Source: an uncultured delta proteobacterium (GTDB taxonomy: Bacteria; Desulfobacterota; RBG-13-43-22). From it: 64,000 nt of DNA. This document shows, in pieces, positions 53,068 through 63,029 of this stretch. Both the position numbers and the translations under genes were made by a program. The notes beneath the pieces are model-generated. The model made no database searches and was not told the origin of the DNA. It saw only the letters and a program-made list of their open reading frames with translations. The stretch's first letter is position 1. Every line of letters begins with the position of its first letter. Location of the stretch: positions 640,001-704,000 of the forward strand of contig CAWBOS010000010.1 in NCBI GenBank assembly GCA_963790475.1, given 5' to 3'.

Positions 53068-53921
53068 CCTTAGAAGCCCTTACCTCACCACTAAGCACAA
53101 CTTATTGGAAAAAGCCGCTGAACGAATTCTTAGGTAATCAACCGGACTCGGGAACTAAAGAGTTGTCCAAAACTCGCCTTAAAGGGGCGGTTAAGGATTT
53201 GGAATCATTATTTATTTATGAAATGTTGAAAGAGATGAGGCAGACGACTCAAGAAGGTTTCTTAGGCAAGGGAATGGGGAATGACATTTATGGCAGTCTT
53301 TTTGATATGGAAATAGCCAAGGTGTTTGCCGAAAGAGGATTCGGCCTCGGAGAAATGATCCTGAAGCAAATGAACGGCCGGGAGGAAAATAAGTCGGGAA
53401 GCCCCATTTCACCTCCGAAAGATCTCAAATTATCATCCTTGACCAAAGAATCAGTTCCGGTTTCTTCAACCGCCCAGCGGACAGAGGAATCGGCTTCCAA
53501 GGCCAATGATCAGGAGACTTCTTTAAGAACCCCGGTCGATGGTCGAATAAGCTCCAATTTTGGCTTGAGATCTGATCCATTTTCCGGGGAAGAAAAATTT
53601 CATTCCGGGATTGATATTGCCGCCCCTTCGGGACAGGCAATATATCCAATCAGAAAGGGCCGGGTGATTTTCAGTGGACTGACCCAAGGATACGGCAACA
53701 CCGTGTTGATCGACCATGAAGACGGATATATTGCTAAATATGGCCATAATCTGACCAACCTTGTTGCCGTTGGGGATAACGTGGAACCCGACCAGGTTAT
53801 TGCCTTGGTGGGCAGTACCGGGAAGTCCACAGGGCCTCACCTCCATTTTGAAATTCAACATCGGGGGGAGAAGGTAAATCCTCAAGAATTAGTTAAATTT
53901 CAACAAGGTGTCCTGAGTTGA
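53064..53921 (+). CDS. flgJ: FlgJ rod-binding domain fused to an M23 peptidase
   Basis: ESLFIYEMLKEMR..GFGLGEMI followed by HSGID, GYGN, STGPHLHFE. Confidence 0.85.
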   Translation: MTLEALTSPLSTTYWKKPLNEFLGNQPDSGTKELSKTRLKGAVKDLESLFIYEMLKEMRQTTQEGFLGKGMGNDIYGSLFDMEIAKVFAERGFGLGEMILKQMNGREENKSGSPISPPKDLKLSSLTKESVPVSSTAQRTEESASKANDQETSLRTPVDGRISSNFGLRSDPFSGEEKFHSGIDIAAPSGQAIYPIRKGRVIFSGLTQGYGNTVLIDHEDGYIAKYGHNLTNLVAVGDNVEPDQVIALVGSTGKSTGPHLHFEIQHRGEKVNPQELVKFQQGVLS

Positions 53922-53993
53922 GGCCTTGGTTGTTTTATTAAACTTTTTACCTTCAATTTATGTTAGAATCATGACCGCAATGGCAGTTTTCAT

Positions 53994-54021
53994 TAAAGAA
54001 TTTTTTCAAATGTGCCGATAC
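53994..54021 (+). promoter_or_regulatory. Sigma28 promoter of flgM-flgN-flgK-flgL
   Basis: TAAA-16 nt-GCCGATAC. Confidence 0.75.
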
Positions 54022-54058
54022 AGAAACAAGAATAAACATTTCATTATGGAGGACGGTC

Positions 54059-54352
54059 ATGAAAGTTGAAGGGAATAGACCCCCCGAGAACCAGGAGGTA
54101 CACCTGCGGACCCCGAAATCCGGCAAGCAGGAAACGGCACCGGGTATCAGTGAAAAACCCCAAAGGATCAGCCAATCCGATCAAGTTCATCTCTCTGGAA
54201 AAGCCAAAGAGTTGGATGAGTTAAAACAGATTATCCAACAAATGCCCGAGATACGGACGGATAAGGTTGAGGCCTTGAAAAAGGCCATCCAGGAGGGCAG
54301 TTATCAAGTGGATTCCTTAAAGGTCGCCGGGAAGATGTTGGAAGAAAATTAA
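54059..54352 (+). CDS. flgM: Anti-sigma28 factor FlgM
   Basis: DQVHLS, RTDKVEALKKAIQEGSY. Confidence 0.93.
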   Translation: MKVEGNRPPENQEVHLRTPKSGKQETAPGISEKPQRISQSDQVHLSGKAKELDELKQIIQQMPEIRTDKVEALKKAIQEGSYQVDSLKVAGKMLEEN

Positions 54353-54835
54353 ATGTCATTGCTTGAGATTATAAAAAAAGTCCTTTTGGAGCAGGTTCAG
54401 GGATGCCGCCTGCTTTTGGAGCTTTTACAAAGGGAAAAGATCTGTCTGGTAAACCTCCAGATGGAAGGGATCGAAGCCCTGACGAAAGAAAAAGACCTCT
54501 TGGTTCTCAAGCTAAGGCTTCTTGAAGAAGAAAGGGTGCGTCTCGTAGACCGATTTGTCTTTGAAAATTTTCCGGACCTTCCTGATGAAGGACCTGCTTT
54601 TAAGAATATCAGCCTTCTGAAACTGGCCGAGCTTAGCGGGGAAAAAATTTTTCAAGAAATTCGATCCAAGCTGATTTCCTTATCTCAAGGTATTAAGGAG
54701 TTGAATGACTTAAATAAGACCATGATAGACCGAACCTTGGGCTTTCTGAAACAGAACAATAATTTTTTAGGGATGTATTTCCCGGGGGCTGCCCCTATGG
54801 GAGAAAAAGGGAGACTCCTTTACAGGGAAATTTAA
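54353..54835 (+). CDS. flgN: Chaperone FlgN
   Basis: Helical protein between flgM and flgK; ELNDLN motif. Confidence 0.8.
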   Translation: MSLLEIIKKVLLEQVQGCRLLLELLQREKICLVNLQMEGIEALTKEKDLLVLKLRLLEEERVRLVDRFVFENFPDLPDEGPAFKNISLLKLAELSGEKIFQEIRSKLISLSQGIKELNDLNKTMIDRTLGFLKQNNNFLGMYFPGAAPMGEKGRLLYREI

Positions 54836-56455
54836 ATGTCGATATCGTCCATACTTAATATTGGAATATCAGCCTTAAACGCCAGCCAGACCCAGCTCAG
54901 TGTCACCAGCAGCAACATTGCCAATGAAACCACCTCAGGCTATAGCAGGCAGGAAGTCATTCTGGAAGTTTCCTCTCCGATAGCCCAGTCGGGGGGGTCG
55001 GTGGGTTCAGGGGTAAATGTTGCCCAAATCAAAAGGGATTACTATCCCTTTATTCAAAACCAGATTTGTGGAGCACAACAGGATTACGGCAAGGCGTCTA
55101 CCCAAAGCCAAACCTTAAGTGAGCTTGAGCAAATCTTTAATGAAAATAGAAATCTGGGGTTAGCCACGCCCTTGGCCGATTTTTTTAATGCTTGGCAGGA
55201 AGTGGCTAATAACCCTGAAAACCAGACGGCGAGAAATATGCTTCTCCAGAAAAGTGATTCCTTGGTCAATTCCGCCCAAACAATGGAAAATAGTATTCAG
55301 GGCGTCCTGAAATCCGACGACCAAGGTATCACTGCTTCAGTTGAAAGTGTAAACTCACTGGCGTCCAAAATCGCTAAATTAAACGACCAAATAAGCCAGC
55401 TAGAGGCCAGATCGACCACTGTTTCGGCTAATGAACTAAGAGATCAACGAGATACGGCTGTGAAAGAATTAAGCAATCTTATCGGGATATCCACCTGGGA
55501 AGATAAAACAAACGGCTCTGTGACAGTGACTATTGGAATGAAAAACCTGGTCAGCGGCAATACGGTAAATACTCTTTCTGCGGCCTATAATGGTGAAGGG
55601 GAGTATAGTCTTCAATTGGACGGCCAGGACATAACTTCGAGGATAACCAAGGGAGAGATAGGCGGGCGATTGACTGCTCGACAGGAGATTGAAGGGGACT
55701 TGCATGACCTTCGGAAATTAGTGGCCTCCATAACCAATGCCGTTAATCTCCAACATAGACAAGGCTTCGGTCTGGATGGCTCAACAGGCATTAATTTTTT
55801 CAATCCTGCTGAGCTTTCGGTCAAAAATAACTCTACCGGAGCAAACCTGGCAGCCACCATTACCGACTTTTCCCAGTTGACCATGACCGAATATTCTATA
55901 AAGTTTAACGGGGACAGCTATGAGGTCTATAATAAAGAGACCGGAACCATATTAACCTCGGGGGCCTACAATGCCGGAGGGACGACGATAAACTTAGAAG
56001 GGGTCCAGTTTGATATGAGCGGTTCGGTTACCGATCAAGATAGTTTTACCGTGAGTCCTTTAACCGCAGCCATTCAAAATTTTAAAACGACCATTACCTC
56101 AAACCAACAAATCGCGGCCTCGGGGACCGCGGATGGCCTCCCAGGGGATAATATCAACGCCTTAGCCTTGGCCAATCTTGTAAATGGCAATATTACGGCC
56201 CTCAATTCGGATACTTTAGTCAATTATTATAAAAACTTGGTAGCTAAGGTTGGAAACCAGAGTCAGACGGCCGCAGATGAATTGACGTTTTCGAATAATT
56301 TTTTATCCCAGCTCAAAACTCAACGTGATTCGGTTTCCGGTGTCAATCTGGACGAAGAAGCGTCCAATTTGGTCATCTTCCAGCGCGCCTATCAGGCTGC
56401 CGCCAGGGTGGTCACGACGGCCGACGCATTATACCAGACTTTACTAAATATGTAG
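54836..56455 (+). CDS. flgK: Hook-filament junction FlgK
   Basis: NIANETTSGYSRQ, LRDQRD, SGVNLDEE. Confidence 0.95.
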   Translation: MSISSILNIGISALNASQTQLSVTSSNIANETTSGYSRQEVILEVSSPIAQSGGSVGSGVNVAQIKRDYYPFIQNQICGAQQDYGKASTQSQTLSELEQIFNENRNLGLATPLADFFNAWQEVANNPENQTARNMLLQKSDSLVNSAQTMENSIQGVLKSDDQGITASVESVNSLASKIAKLNDQISQLEARSTTVSANELRDQRDTAVKELSNLIGISTWEDKTNGSVTVTIGMKNLVSGNTVNTLSAAYNGEGEYSLQLDGQDITSRITKGEIGGRLTARQEIEGDLHDLRKLVASITNAVNLQHRQGFGLDGSTGINFFNPAELSVKNNSTGANLAATITDFSQLTMTEYSIKFNGDSYEVYNKETGTILTSGAYNAGGTTINLEGVQFDMSGSVTDQDSFTVSPLTAAIQNFKTTITSNQQIAASGTADGLPGDNINALALANLVNGNITALNSDTLVNYYKNLVAKVGNQSQTAADELTFSNNFLSQLKTQRDSVSGVNLDEEASNLVIFQRAYQAAARVVTTADALYQTLLNM

Positions 56456-56472
56456 GATAAGGATCGGTTTAA

Positions 56473-57576
56473 ATGAGGATTTCATCCAGCCTGCTCTATA
56501 ATCAATTGCTCCAGGGGTTGAACGACAATTCTTCCAAGTTGACTGATATAAGTAATCAGTTGGCAACAGGCAAAAAGATAAACAAGCCTTCTGATGATGT
56601 CTTGGGGACCAGCAAGGTTTTGGGTTATAAGCTCTCCATCAGCCAAAATGACCAATATGAAGGCAACATAACCGAAGCCAATAATTATTTGGTTTTTTCA
56701 GATACGGTGTTAAGCCAAGTGTCGAATACATTGGGTAGTTTGCAGAAATTGATCTCCCATGGGGGTGACACCTCTGGGTCAGCAGATGACCGGGCTTCTT
56801 ATTCCAGGCAGGCCGCTGACCTGAGGGATTCTCTCTTGGACCTTTCGAACAGCACCTACCTGAACAGGTATGTCTTTTCGGGTTTCCGATCCGACCAGCA
56901 GGCCTATGTCTATGATTCGACTAATAACCAGTACGTCTATCAGGGAGATAGCGGCCAACTCAAACTGTTTATTGATCAGAAAATGACCCAGACGATCAAT
57001 TTCGTCGGGAGCAGTGCCGATTCGACTATTTCCACAGCCCTCAGTTATACCTTACAAACCCAGGAGACGACCACTTTGTCCGATGGAAGCGTGGTTACCT
57101 ATAGCGCTGTTCCAAATTCAAGTGGGGGAAACACAAACATCCAGGTTAACATTACTAATCCCGATCATCCAGGGGACCCCAATTATGAAGACAGCTTCAG
57201 TTTCTCGAATTTTATGGAGATGGCTAATTTACTGAGCCATGCCTGGCAATATCAAGATGTGAGTGGGTCTGCCTTGAGTGAGTCCCAATCCATGAACCGC
57301 ATCGCCGCCTTGGCCATTCCACTGGAAAAGGCCCAGAAACAGGTGCTAACGGTTCAGACCGAAGCGGGGATCAGGCAAACCAGTTTGAACGACCAAAAAA
57401 CCAGACTGGATGCCAACACCGTGAATCTTCAAAATGCCCAGTCAAATACTGAGGATGCGAATATGGACGAGACCATAATAGACCTACAGAAAATCTCGAC
57501 TGCCTTGGACGCCTTACGAATATCCTCGTCTAAAGTTCTTTCAAAATCGCTTTTTGATTTTTTAGCCTCAGCCTAA
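56473..57576 (+). CDS. flgL: Hook-filament junction FlgL
   Basis: MRIS, TGKKINKPSDD, YVFSG, SLFDFL. Confidence 0.93.
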   Translation: MRISSSLLYNQLLQGLNDNSSKLTDISNQLATGKKINKPSDDVLGTSKVLGYKLSISQNDQYEGNITEANNYLVFSDTVLSQVSNTLGSLQKLISHGGDTSGSADDRASYSRQAADLRDSLLDLSNSTYLNRYVFSGFRSDQQAYVYDSTNNQYVYQGDSGQLKLFIDQKMTQTINFVGSSADSTISTALSYTLQTQETTTLSDGSVVTYSAVPNSSGGNTNIQVNITNPDHPGDPNYEDSFSFSNFMEMANLLSHAWQYQDVSGSALSESQSMNRIAALAIPLEKAQKQVLTVQTEAGIRQTSLNDQKTRLDANTVNLQNAQSNTEDANMDETIIDLQKISTALDALRISSSKVLSKSLFDFLASA

Positions 57577-57586
57577 AGGATCTGCC

Positions 57587-57994
57587 GTGCCGTTAAAAAT
57601 ATCTTTGAAACCCGGGGAACGCGTGATTATCGGGGGTGCGGTTATCACCAACGGCAAACTTAAAAGTGAATTATGTGTAGAAAATAAAGTTCCTATATTG
57701 CGACAGAAAAATATTCTGAGTATTAAACAGGTCGACACCCCTTGCAAGCAGCTTTTTTTTGTCATTCAGTTGATGTATATAGACGAAGGTCAATTGGCAG
57801 AACACCACCGGACATACTGGGAGTTGGTCAAAGAACTTTTAACGGCTAACCCGAGCATGTTGGGATTAATTGATCAAGTCAGTGAACACATTTTATGCAA
57901 TCGTTATTACCAGGCCCTAAAACTGGTTAAAAAATTAATCGACTATGAACAGGAGGTACTGGAAAATGTATCAAAACCAATACAAAGCCTATGA
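57587..57994 (+). CDS. flbT: Flagellin post-transcriptional regulator FlbT
   Basis: LKISLKPGERVIIGGAVITNG..ILR..TP..QLMY..YYQALK..YE. Confidence 0.9.
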   Translation: MPLKISLKPGERVIIGGAVITNGKLKSELCVENKVPILRQKNILSIKQVDTPCKQLFFVIQLMYIDEGQLAEHHRTYWELVKELLTANPSMLGLIDQVSEHILCNRYYQALKLVKKLIDYEQEVLENVSKPIQSL

Positions 57995-58349
57995 CGCTAT
58001 TCGCCAGGAAACGAGTTCCGGAAGAACCCTTGAGGCCTCGGTCTTGATGCGAGCAGCACAAAAGCTGAAAGATTGTCAAAACCATTGGGATTCAGGAGAT
58101 CGAGAAACCCAATTCAAAGAGGCCATTCGGATGAATCAAATGATCTGGAGCATCTTCCAGGGAGAACTGTCCCAGGATGAGAATCCTCTGCCCCTTAAGC
58201 TCAGGCAACAGCTTCTTACCCTAAGCGCATATGTTGACAAAACCATTTTTGAGGCCATGGCCAATCCGACCCTGGAAAAACTAACAACACTAATCAATAT
58301 CAATCAAAATATCGCCGCTGGGTTAATGTCTTCCCCCGGCAGTCAATAA
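57966..58349 (+). CDS. flaF: Flagellar regulator FlaF
   Basis: RTLEA, N..IW, NPLP..LR, ININQNIAAGL. Confidence 0.9.
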   Translation: MYQNQYKAYDAIRQETSSGRTLEASVLMRAAQKLKDCQNHWDSGDRETQFKEAIRMNQMIWSIFQGELSQDENPLPLKLRQQLLTLSAYVDKTIFEAMANPTLEKLTTLININQNIAAGLMSSPGSQ

Positions 58350-58448
58350 AGATTGGCATCCGATCCGCAAGCCCCGTTATCCTCTCTTTGGGTTGTTAAG
58401 AAAATCTCTTCCCTCGATCCTTATATTCATCTGTTTCTGAAAAACTCT

Positions 58449-58475
58449 TAAAGTTTTGTAGTTTTTGACCGATAG
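58449..58475 (+). promoter_or_regulatory. Sigma28 promoter of the terminal signalling/stator operon
   Basis: TAAAGTTT-11 nt-ACCGATAG. Confidence 0.75.
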
Positions 58476-58517
58476 GAAGTATAAGGTGAAAAGGATCCAA
58501 ACCAGGGAGGAAACCAG

Positions 58518-58709
58518 ATGTCAACCTCACCAGTGAACTATCCAGAAGTCATTCGCTTTTATGAGAGGGTTACCCGTCTTAAGCCTGCTTCCTTGGCTGA
58601 TCGGGGCCAGAATACTAGCGGTGATCTGTTGAATATTTCGGCAGAGGCCAAGAAGGAGTTTGTTCTTAAACAGGCTTTTAGAGAAGTTTTGGAGAGGATA
58701 AAGAAATAA
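58518..58709 (+). CDS. Small FlgM-associated (DVU0524-like) protein
   Basis: GGAGG RBS; D.LNISAEAKK motif; sigma28 promoter upstream. Confidence 0.55.
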   Translation: MSTSPVNYPEVIRFYERVTRLKPASLADRGQNTSGDLLNISAEAKKEFVLKQAFREVLERIKK

Positions 58710-58745
58710 CCGGGTTTAAAGAATAACTTATTAGTGGAATTTGAG

Positions 58746-59318
58746 ATGAATAAAAATGGGATCAAGATTTTGGTGGTCGATGATGATGAGATTGTCCGAG
58801 AAGTCATTATCTCCCTTTTGAGCAGCGAAGGGTATGTTGTCAGGTCGGCCAAAGATGGATTGGATGCCATTAAAATCCTTAAAATGGAAAACATCAATCT
58901 GGTTATCACCGATCTGAGAATGCCCGGTGCCGATGGGATCGAGGTCCTCAAAGAAGCTTTAAAAATGGACCCTGACCGGGCGGTGATAATCCTGACCGCC
59001 TATGGGACCTTGGATACGGCCCTGAAGGCCATCCGGGAAGGGGCCTATGATTACATGACAAAACCTTTCAAAATGGAGGAAATGATTATCCGGGTCAATA
59101 ATGCCTATGAACGGACTCTGCTGGTTATCAAAATGAGGGCCTTGGTCAAGTCCTTGCGTGGAATCCTGGCTAATATGATGCTCTATAAGGATGGTGAAAA
59201 CAATCATAACCGGGTAACGATGGACTGGGTGGACCACATAGAGCAACTTAAAAGAATGGAAATCCTTGATAAAGACGAAGCCTTATTGATTAAAGAAAGA
59301 CTAATCGGTGAATGGTAA
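58746..59318 (+). CDS. Response regulator: REC plus short helical (SHOCT-like) tail
   Basis: VVDDD, TDLRMP, TAYG, KPF; tail HIEQLKRMEILDKDEALLIKERL. Confidence 0.8.
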   Translation: MNKNGIKILVVDDDEIVREVIISLLSSEGYVVRSAKDGLDAIKILKMENINLVITDLRMPGADGIEVLKEALKMDPDRAVIILTAYGTLDTALKAIREGAYDYMTKPFKMEEMIIRVNNAYERTLLVIKMRALVKSLRGILANMMLYKDGENNHNRVTMDWVDHIEQLKRMEILDKDEALLIKERLIGEW

Positions 59319-60834
59319 AAAGTTCTTAGTGATTGACGATGATCCGGTAACCAGGCAATTGCTGTCTGATATTCTATGCAGTATTGACGGTTATAGGACT
59401 GATGAGGCCCCTAACGGAATGGTCGGGATCCGGGAAGTAAAAAACAACGATTATGAAATTGTTTTTACCGACCTGACTATGCCCGAATTGAACGGACTGG
59501 GGGTATTAAAAGAGATCCAGAAGATCAATCGCCATCTTCCGGTGGTTGTGGTCACCGGGATGTCGACAATTGATGTGGCCATCAATGTCATGAAGGAAGG
59601 GGCTAATGACTTCATCACCAAGCCTTTTAAAATAAAAACCATCACTTCAACAGTGGAAAGGATTTTAGGCGAAAAGCGGCTTCTAGACCGGATCGGTTTA
59701 AAAGGGAATTATCGGGAATCCATAGAAAGACTCAATGCTGAATTGTTTAAAAAATTGCAAAAAATCAATCTCCTTCAAGCCATCCATGCCGAACTGGACT
59801 CCATATATGACAATAATAAAATCTATTCCATCATTGTGGCCATGGCTTCCAAACTCTTGATGGTGCAGGAGGCCTCTTTCGGAATTATTGAGGATGGATT
59901 CTTGAAGGTCAAGAAGGCGATTGGGGTCAAAGAACGGGATATCGCTATCACGGCAACCTTTTTTGAGTCGATTTTGAAAACCAGATGCCACTATGTGGCC
60001 GACTTGGGCGAAATAAATCCGCATACTGGCCAGCCCTTGCCTTATCTTTTCATATCCATTCCTTTTGTGATAAAAGAGGTGGTATTCGGTTTGTTGAACC
60101 TGGCCAACAAGGTAGACGGCTCGTCTTTTACCGATGATGATATTTCCTTGGCCTTGACCCTGGTCAACAAAACGGCCCTCCGAATCGAAAACAATGTGCT
60201 GTATGAGATTGTGTATAACAATTTAGTGAATAGCCTGAAAGCCCTGGTTATCAGTATTGAAGCCAGGGATCCCTATACCCGTTTTCATTCGGAACGGGTG
60301 ACCGCCTATGCCCTGCAAATCGCCGATGTATTAAACCTTCCCGATGAAGAGAAGGATGCCATCAAATTCGGCGGCTATCTGCATGATATCGGTAAAATCG
60401 GGGTTAGAGACGGAATTTTGTTAAAACCCGGCCCCTTAAATGAAGCGGAAAAAGCCGATGTCCGCCTGCATCCGGTTATCGGGGATAATATTTTGAAGCC
60501 CTTAAAGTTTTTCCCCAAAGAACGGGAAATCATTCGCTATCATCATGAATGGTATAATGGAAAGGGTTATCCGGAAGGTTTGGCAGGAGAACAAATTCCC
60601 ATTTTAGCCCGTGTTCTGGCCCTGGCCGATTCTTATGATGCCATGACTTCCTCCCGCCCCTATCGGAAAGCCATGACCCATGAACAGTCGGTGGCAGAAA
60701 TAAAACGCTGTGCCCATTTGCAGTTTGACGAAAAAATCGTTGAGGCCTTTTTACAAACTTCCGTGGGAAGGGAAGAAGATTTGAAGGAAACCATTCCGGG
60801 TGCCCTGGAATATCAAGATGAATATGCCGAATAA
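59308..60834 (+). CDS. REC-GAF-HD-GYP phosphodiesterase
   Basis: TDLTMP; HSERV, HDIGK, HHEWYNGKGYP, DSYDAMTSSRPYRK. Confidence 0.92.
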   Translation: MNGKKFLVIDDDPVTRQLLSDILCSIDGYRTDEAPNGMVGIREVKNNDYEIVFTDLTMPELNGLGVLKEIQKINRHLPVVVVTGMSTIDVAINVMKEGANDFITKPFKIKTITSTVERILGEKRLLDRIGLKGNYRESIERLNAELFKKLQKINLLQAIHAELDSIYDNNKIYSIIVAMASKLLMVQEASFGIIEDGFLKVKKAIGVKERDIAITATFFESILKTRCHYVADLGEINPHTGQPLPYLFISIPFVIKEVVFGLLNLANKVDGSSFTDDDISLALTLVNKTALRIENNVLYEIVYNNLVNSLKALVISIEARDPYTRFHSERVTAYALQIADVLNLPDEEKDAIKFGGYLHDIGKIGVRDGILLKPGPLNEAEKADVRLHPVIGDNILKPLKFFPKEREIIRYHHEWYNGKGYPEGLAGEQIPILARVLALADSYDAMTSSRPYRKAMTHEQSVAEIKRCAHLQFDEKIVEAFLQTSVGREEDLKETIPGALEYQDEYAE

Positions 60835-61408
60835 AACCGATCCAGTGAAACCAGCCCAGGGAGAAAAAAGAGAATCATTTCGAATTAACGATACTTTACC
60901 GGTCGTTATCCATAAAATAGAAGCCGATGAAAACTTTTCCACCCCGGAAACGCTTAAGGATGATCCGGGGGGAATCAATCCTTTAGCGTTGGAAAAGGAA
61001 AATATTCCTCCCAGGCTATGGAAGATGCTGGTCAATATCAACAAGAAACTTGACCAGCTTTTGGAAAGGGTTCCGGTTGATTTATTGAAAACCAAGTCCC
61101 AGCCGGTCAATCTCAGCTCAACCGGAATGAAGGTTAAACTTAAGAAGAATTTCAACCTCGACGAACCAGTGAGGATCAAAATGCTTTTACCTACCCTGCC
61201 GGTCAAAGAACTGGTCATCGCCGGCAAAGTCGTTCGGGTTAAAGCCTTAGCCGATGGGGAATATGAAGTGGCGTTGCATTTCCATGAGTTGGATGATAGG
61301 GTTAGAGACGAAATTATCCACTACACCTTGAACCAGCAAAGAAAAACCATTGCGGCGCAAAGAAAAAAAAGGGGTTATGATGAATCCAGTAAAGAAAAAG
61401 GCCTTTGA
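60818..61408 (+). CDS. PilZ-domain c-di-GMP receptor
   Basis: RESFR (RxxxR) and NLSSTG (N/DxSxxG). Confidence 0.88.
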   Translation: MNMPNKTDPVKPAQGEKRESFRINDTLPVVIHKIEADENFSTPETLKDDPGGINPLALEKENIPPRLWKMLVNINKKLDQLLERVPVDLLKTKSQPVNLSSTGMKVKLKKNFNLDEPVRIKMLLPTLPVKELVIAGKVVRVKALADGEYEVALHFHELDDRVRDEIIHYTLNQQRKTIAAQRKKRGYDESSKEKGL

Positions 61409-62177
61409 TCACGGAAAGACCGGAATCCTGGGGGACCTCGATCCCCTCTGTTCGGATCCCTCCCAATTTCAAAAATCTTTTGACCGATTAAGTGCCCTGG
61501 CGATGATTGGAAGGATCACGCCGGAGGTCATCCATGATATCAACAACCATTTAACGGGCATACTGGGATACGCCGAACTGCTCTCGATGAAGAAGATCGA
61601 AGACGAGAGTATCAAAAACGGATTGAAAAATATTACTTTTTCAGCCGAAAAATGTAAGGTTTTGCTGGCCAATCTATTGTCCCTGTCGCGTCAGGAATCC
61701 GCCTCTGTTCGTTTTGGGGATGTTAACGATATTATTGAAAAAACCATAGAACTGCGAAGATGTGCTTTACGCCACCAACAAATTGAAATGGTCAGGGATT
61801 TGAGGAACGAAATTCCTACGATCACGGTAGATGTGGTTAAATTGCAAAAAATCTTTTTAAATCTGATGTTCAAGGCCGAAGAGGCCCTTGAACAGCGAGT
61901 CGAAGGAAAAAAAATTGTATTTAAAGCCAACTTTGACTCCCTGAACCATACCGTAGTGATAACGATTTCTGCCAATGGTTGTGGGATGTCCCCCGATCAC
62001 CTGGCACGCATTTTTGAGTTATTCCCGGCTGATCAATCTTTGGATTCGGAAAACGGGATTATGCTTAAAGAAGCGATATGCTGGATTAGCGAAATGGGGG
62101 GCACTTTAAAAATTGAACCGGGAAAAGGAGACGGACCGATCTTCGTGGTCCTTCTGCCGGTCAAAGGTAGGGATTAG
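61377..62177 (+). CDS. Sensorless histidine-kinase-like protein with a degenerate ATPase domain
   Basis: H-box HDINNHL intact; N-box NLMFKA, G1 ANGCG and G2 ENGIML altered. Confidence 0.75.
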   Translation: MMNPVKKKAFDHGKTGILGDLDPLCSDPSQFQKSFDRLSALAMIGRITPEVIHDINNHLTGILGYAELLSMKKIEDESIKNGLKNITFSAEKCKVLLANLLSLSRQESASVRFGDVNDIIEKTIELRRCALRHQQIEMVRDLRNEIPTITVDVVKLQKIFLNLMFKAEEALEQRVEGKKIVFKANFDSLNHTVVITISANGCGMSPDHLARIFELFPADQSLDSENGIMLKEAICWISEMGGTLKIEPGKGDGPIFVVLLPVKGRD

Positions 62178-62180
62178 AGC

Positions 62181-63029
62181 ATGTTTGCAATTGTCGGCAT
62201 CGTCGTTGTTTTAGGAGCCGTGATAGGCGGTTATCTAATGGAACACGGCAATCTGGCGGTCATTTTTCAGCCGGCTGAACTGATAATCATCTTCGGGGCT
62301 GCTATCGGATCATTTTTAGTAGCTTCTCCTGCCAAAGTGGTGGGGCTGGTGGTAAAACATATTTCCGCCATCTTCGGGGGTAAAGGACGAAGCAAAGAAA
62401 ATTATCTGGATTTGTTGTCATTAATGAATACCCTGTTCATGAAAATCAGGAAGGATGGCCTGATATCCATTGAATCCGACATCGAAACTCCTGAAGAAAG
62501 TCCTCTATTTAGAAAATTTACGGAAGTCCTTGCCAATCCTAAAGCCGTAGATTTTATCTGCGATAATCTCAAAGTGATCATCTCCACCAATTTACCGGCC
62601 CATGAAATGGAAAATTTAATGGATGTCGATATTGACGCCCACCAACATGAATCCTTGATCCCAGCCTTTAGCGTAGCCAAGGTGGCCGATTCTCTTCCCG
62701 GGTTCGGTATCGTGGCCGCTGTTTTGGGGGTGGTTTTAACCATGGGAAAGATTGACCAACCCCCGGAGGTGTTGGGCCACAGCATCGGGGCTGCCCTGGT
62801 AGGGACTTTTTTAGGGGTATTGATGTGCTATGGTTTTGTCGGGCCCATGGGTTCCAACCTGGAGCATCAGGCTAAGGAGGATGAGGCTTTTTATTCAGTG
62901 ATTAAGGTGTCCATGGTCGCCTTTGTAGGGGGGGCGGCACCACAATTGTCCGTGGAATTCGGAAGGAGAGCCATTCCCGGCAAAGAAAGGCCCACCTTCA
63001 ATGAGCTGGAAGAATATATTCGAAAATGA
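62181..63029 (+). CDS. motA: Stator A subunit, E. coli-type MotA (copy 2)
   Basis: QPAELIII, RKDGLISIE, LPGFGIVAAVLG, ALVGTFLG, EFGRR. Confidence 0.95.
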   Translation: MFAIVGIVVVLGAVIGGYLMEHGNLAVIFQPAELIIIFGAAIGSFLVASPAKVVGLVVKHISAIFGGKGRSKENYLDLLSLMNTLFMKIRKDGLISIESDIETPEESPLFRKFTEVLANPKAVDFICDNLKVIISTNLPAHEMENLMDVDIDAHQHESLIPAFSVAKVADSLPGFGIVAAVLGVVLTMGKIDQPPEVLGHSIGAALVGTFLGVLMCYGFVGPMGSNLEHQAKEDEAFYSVIKVSMVAFVGGAAPQLSVEFGRRAIPGKERPTFNELEEYIRK

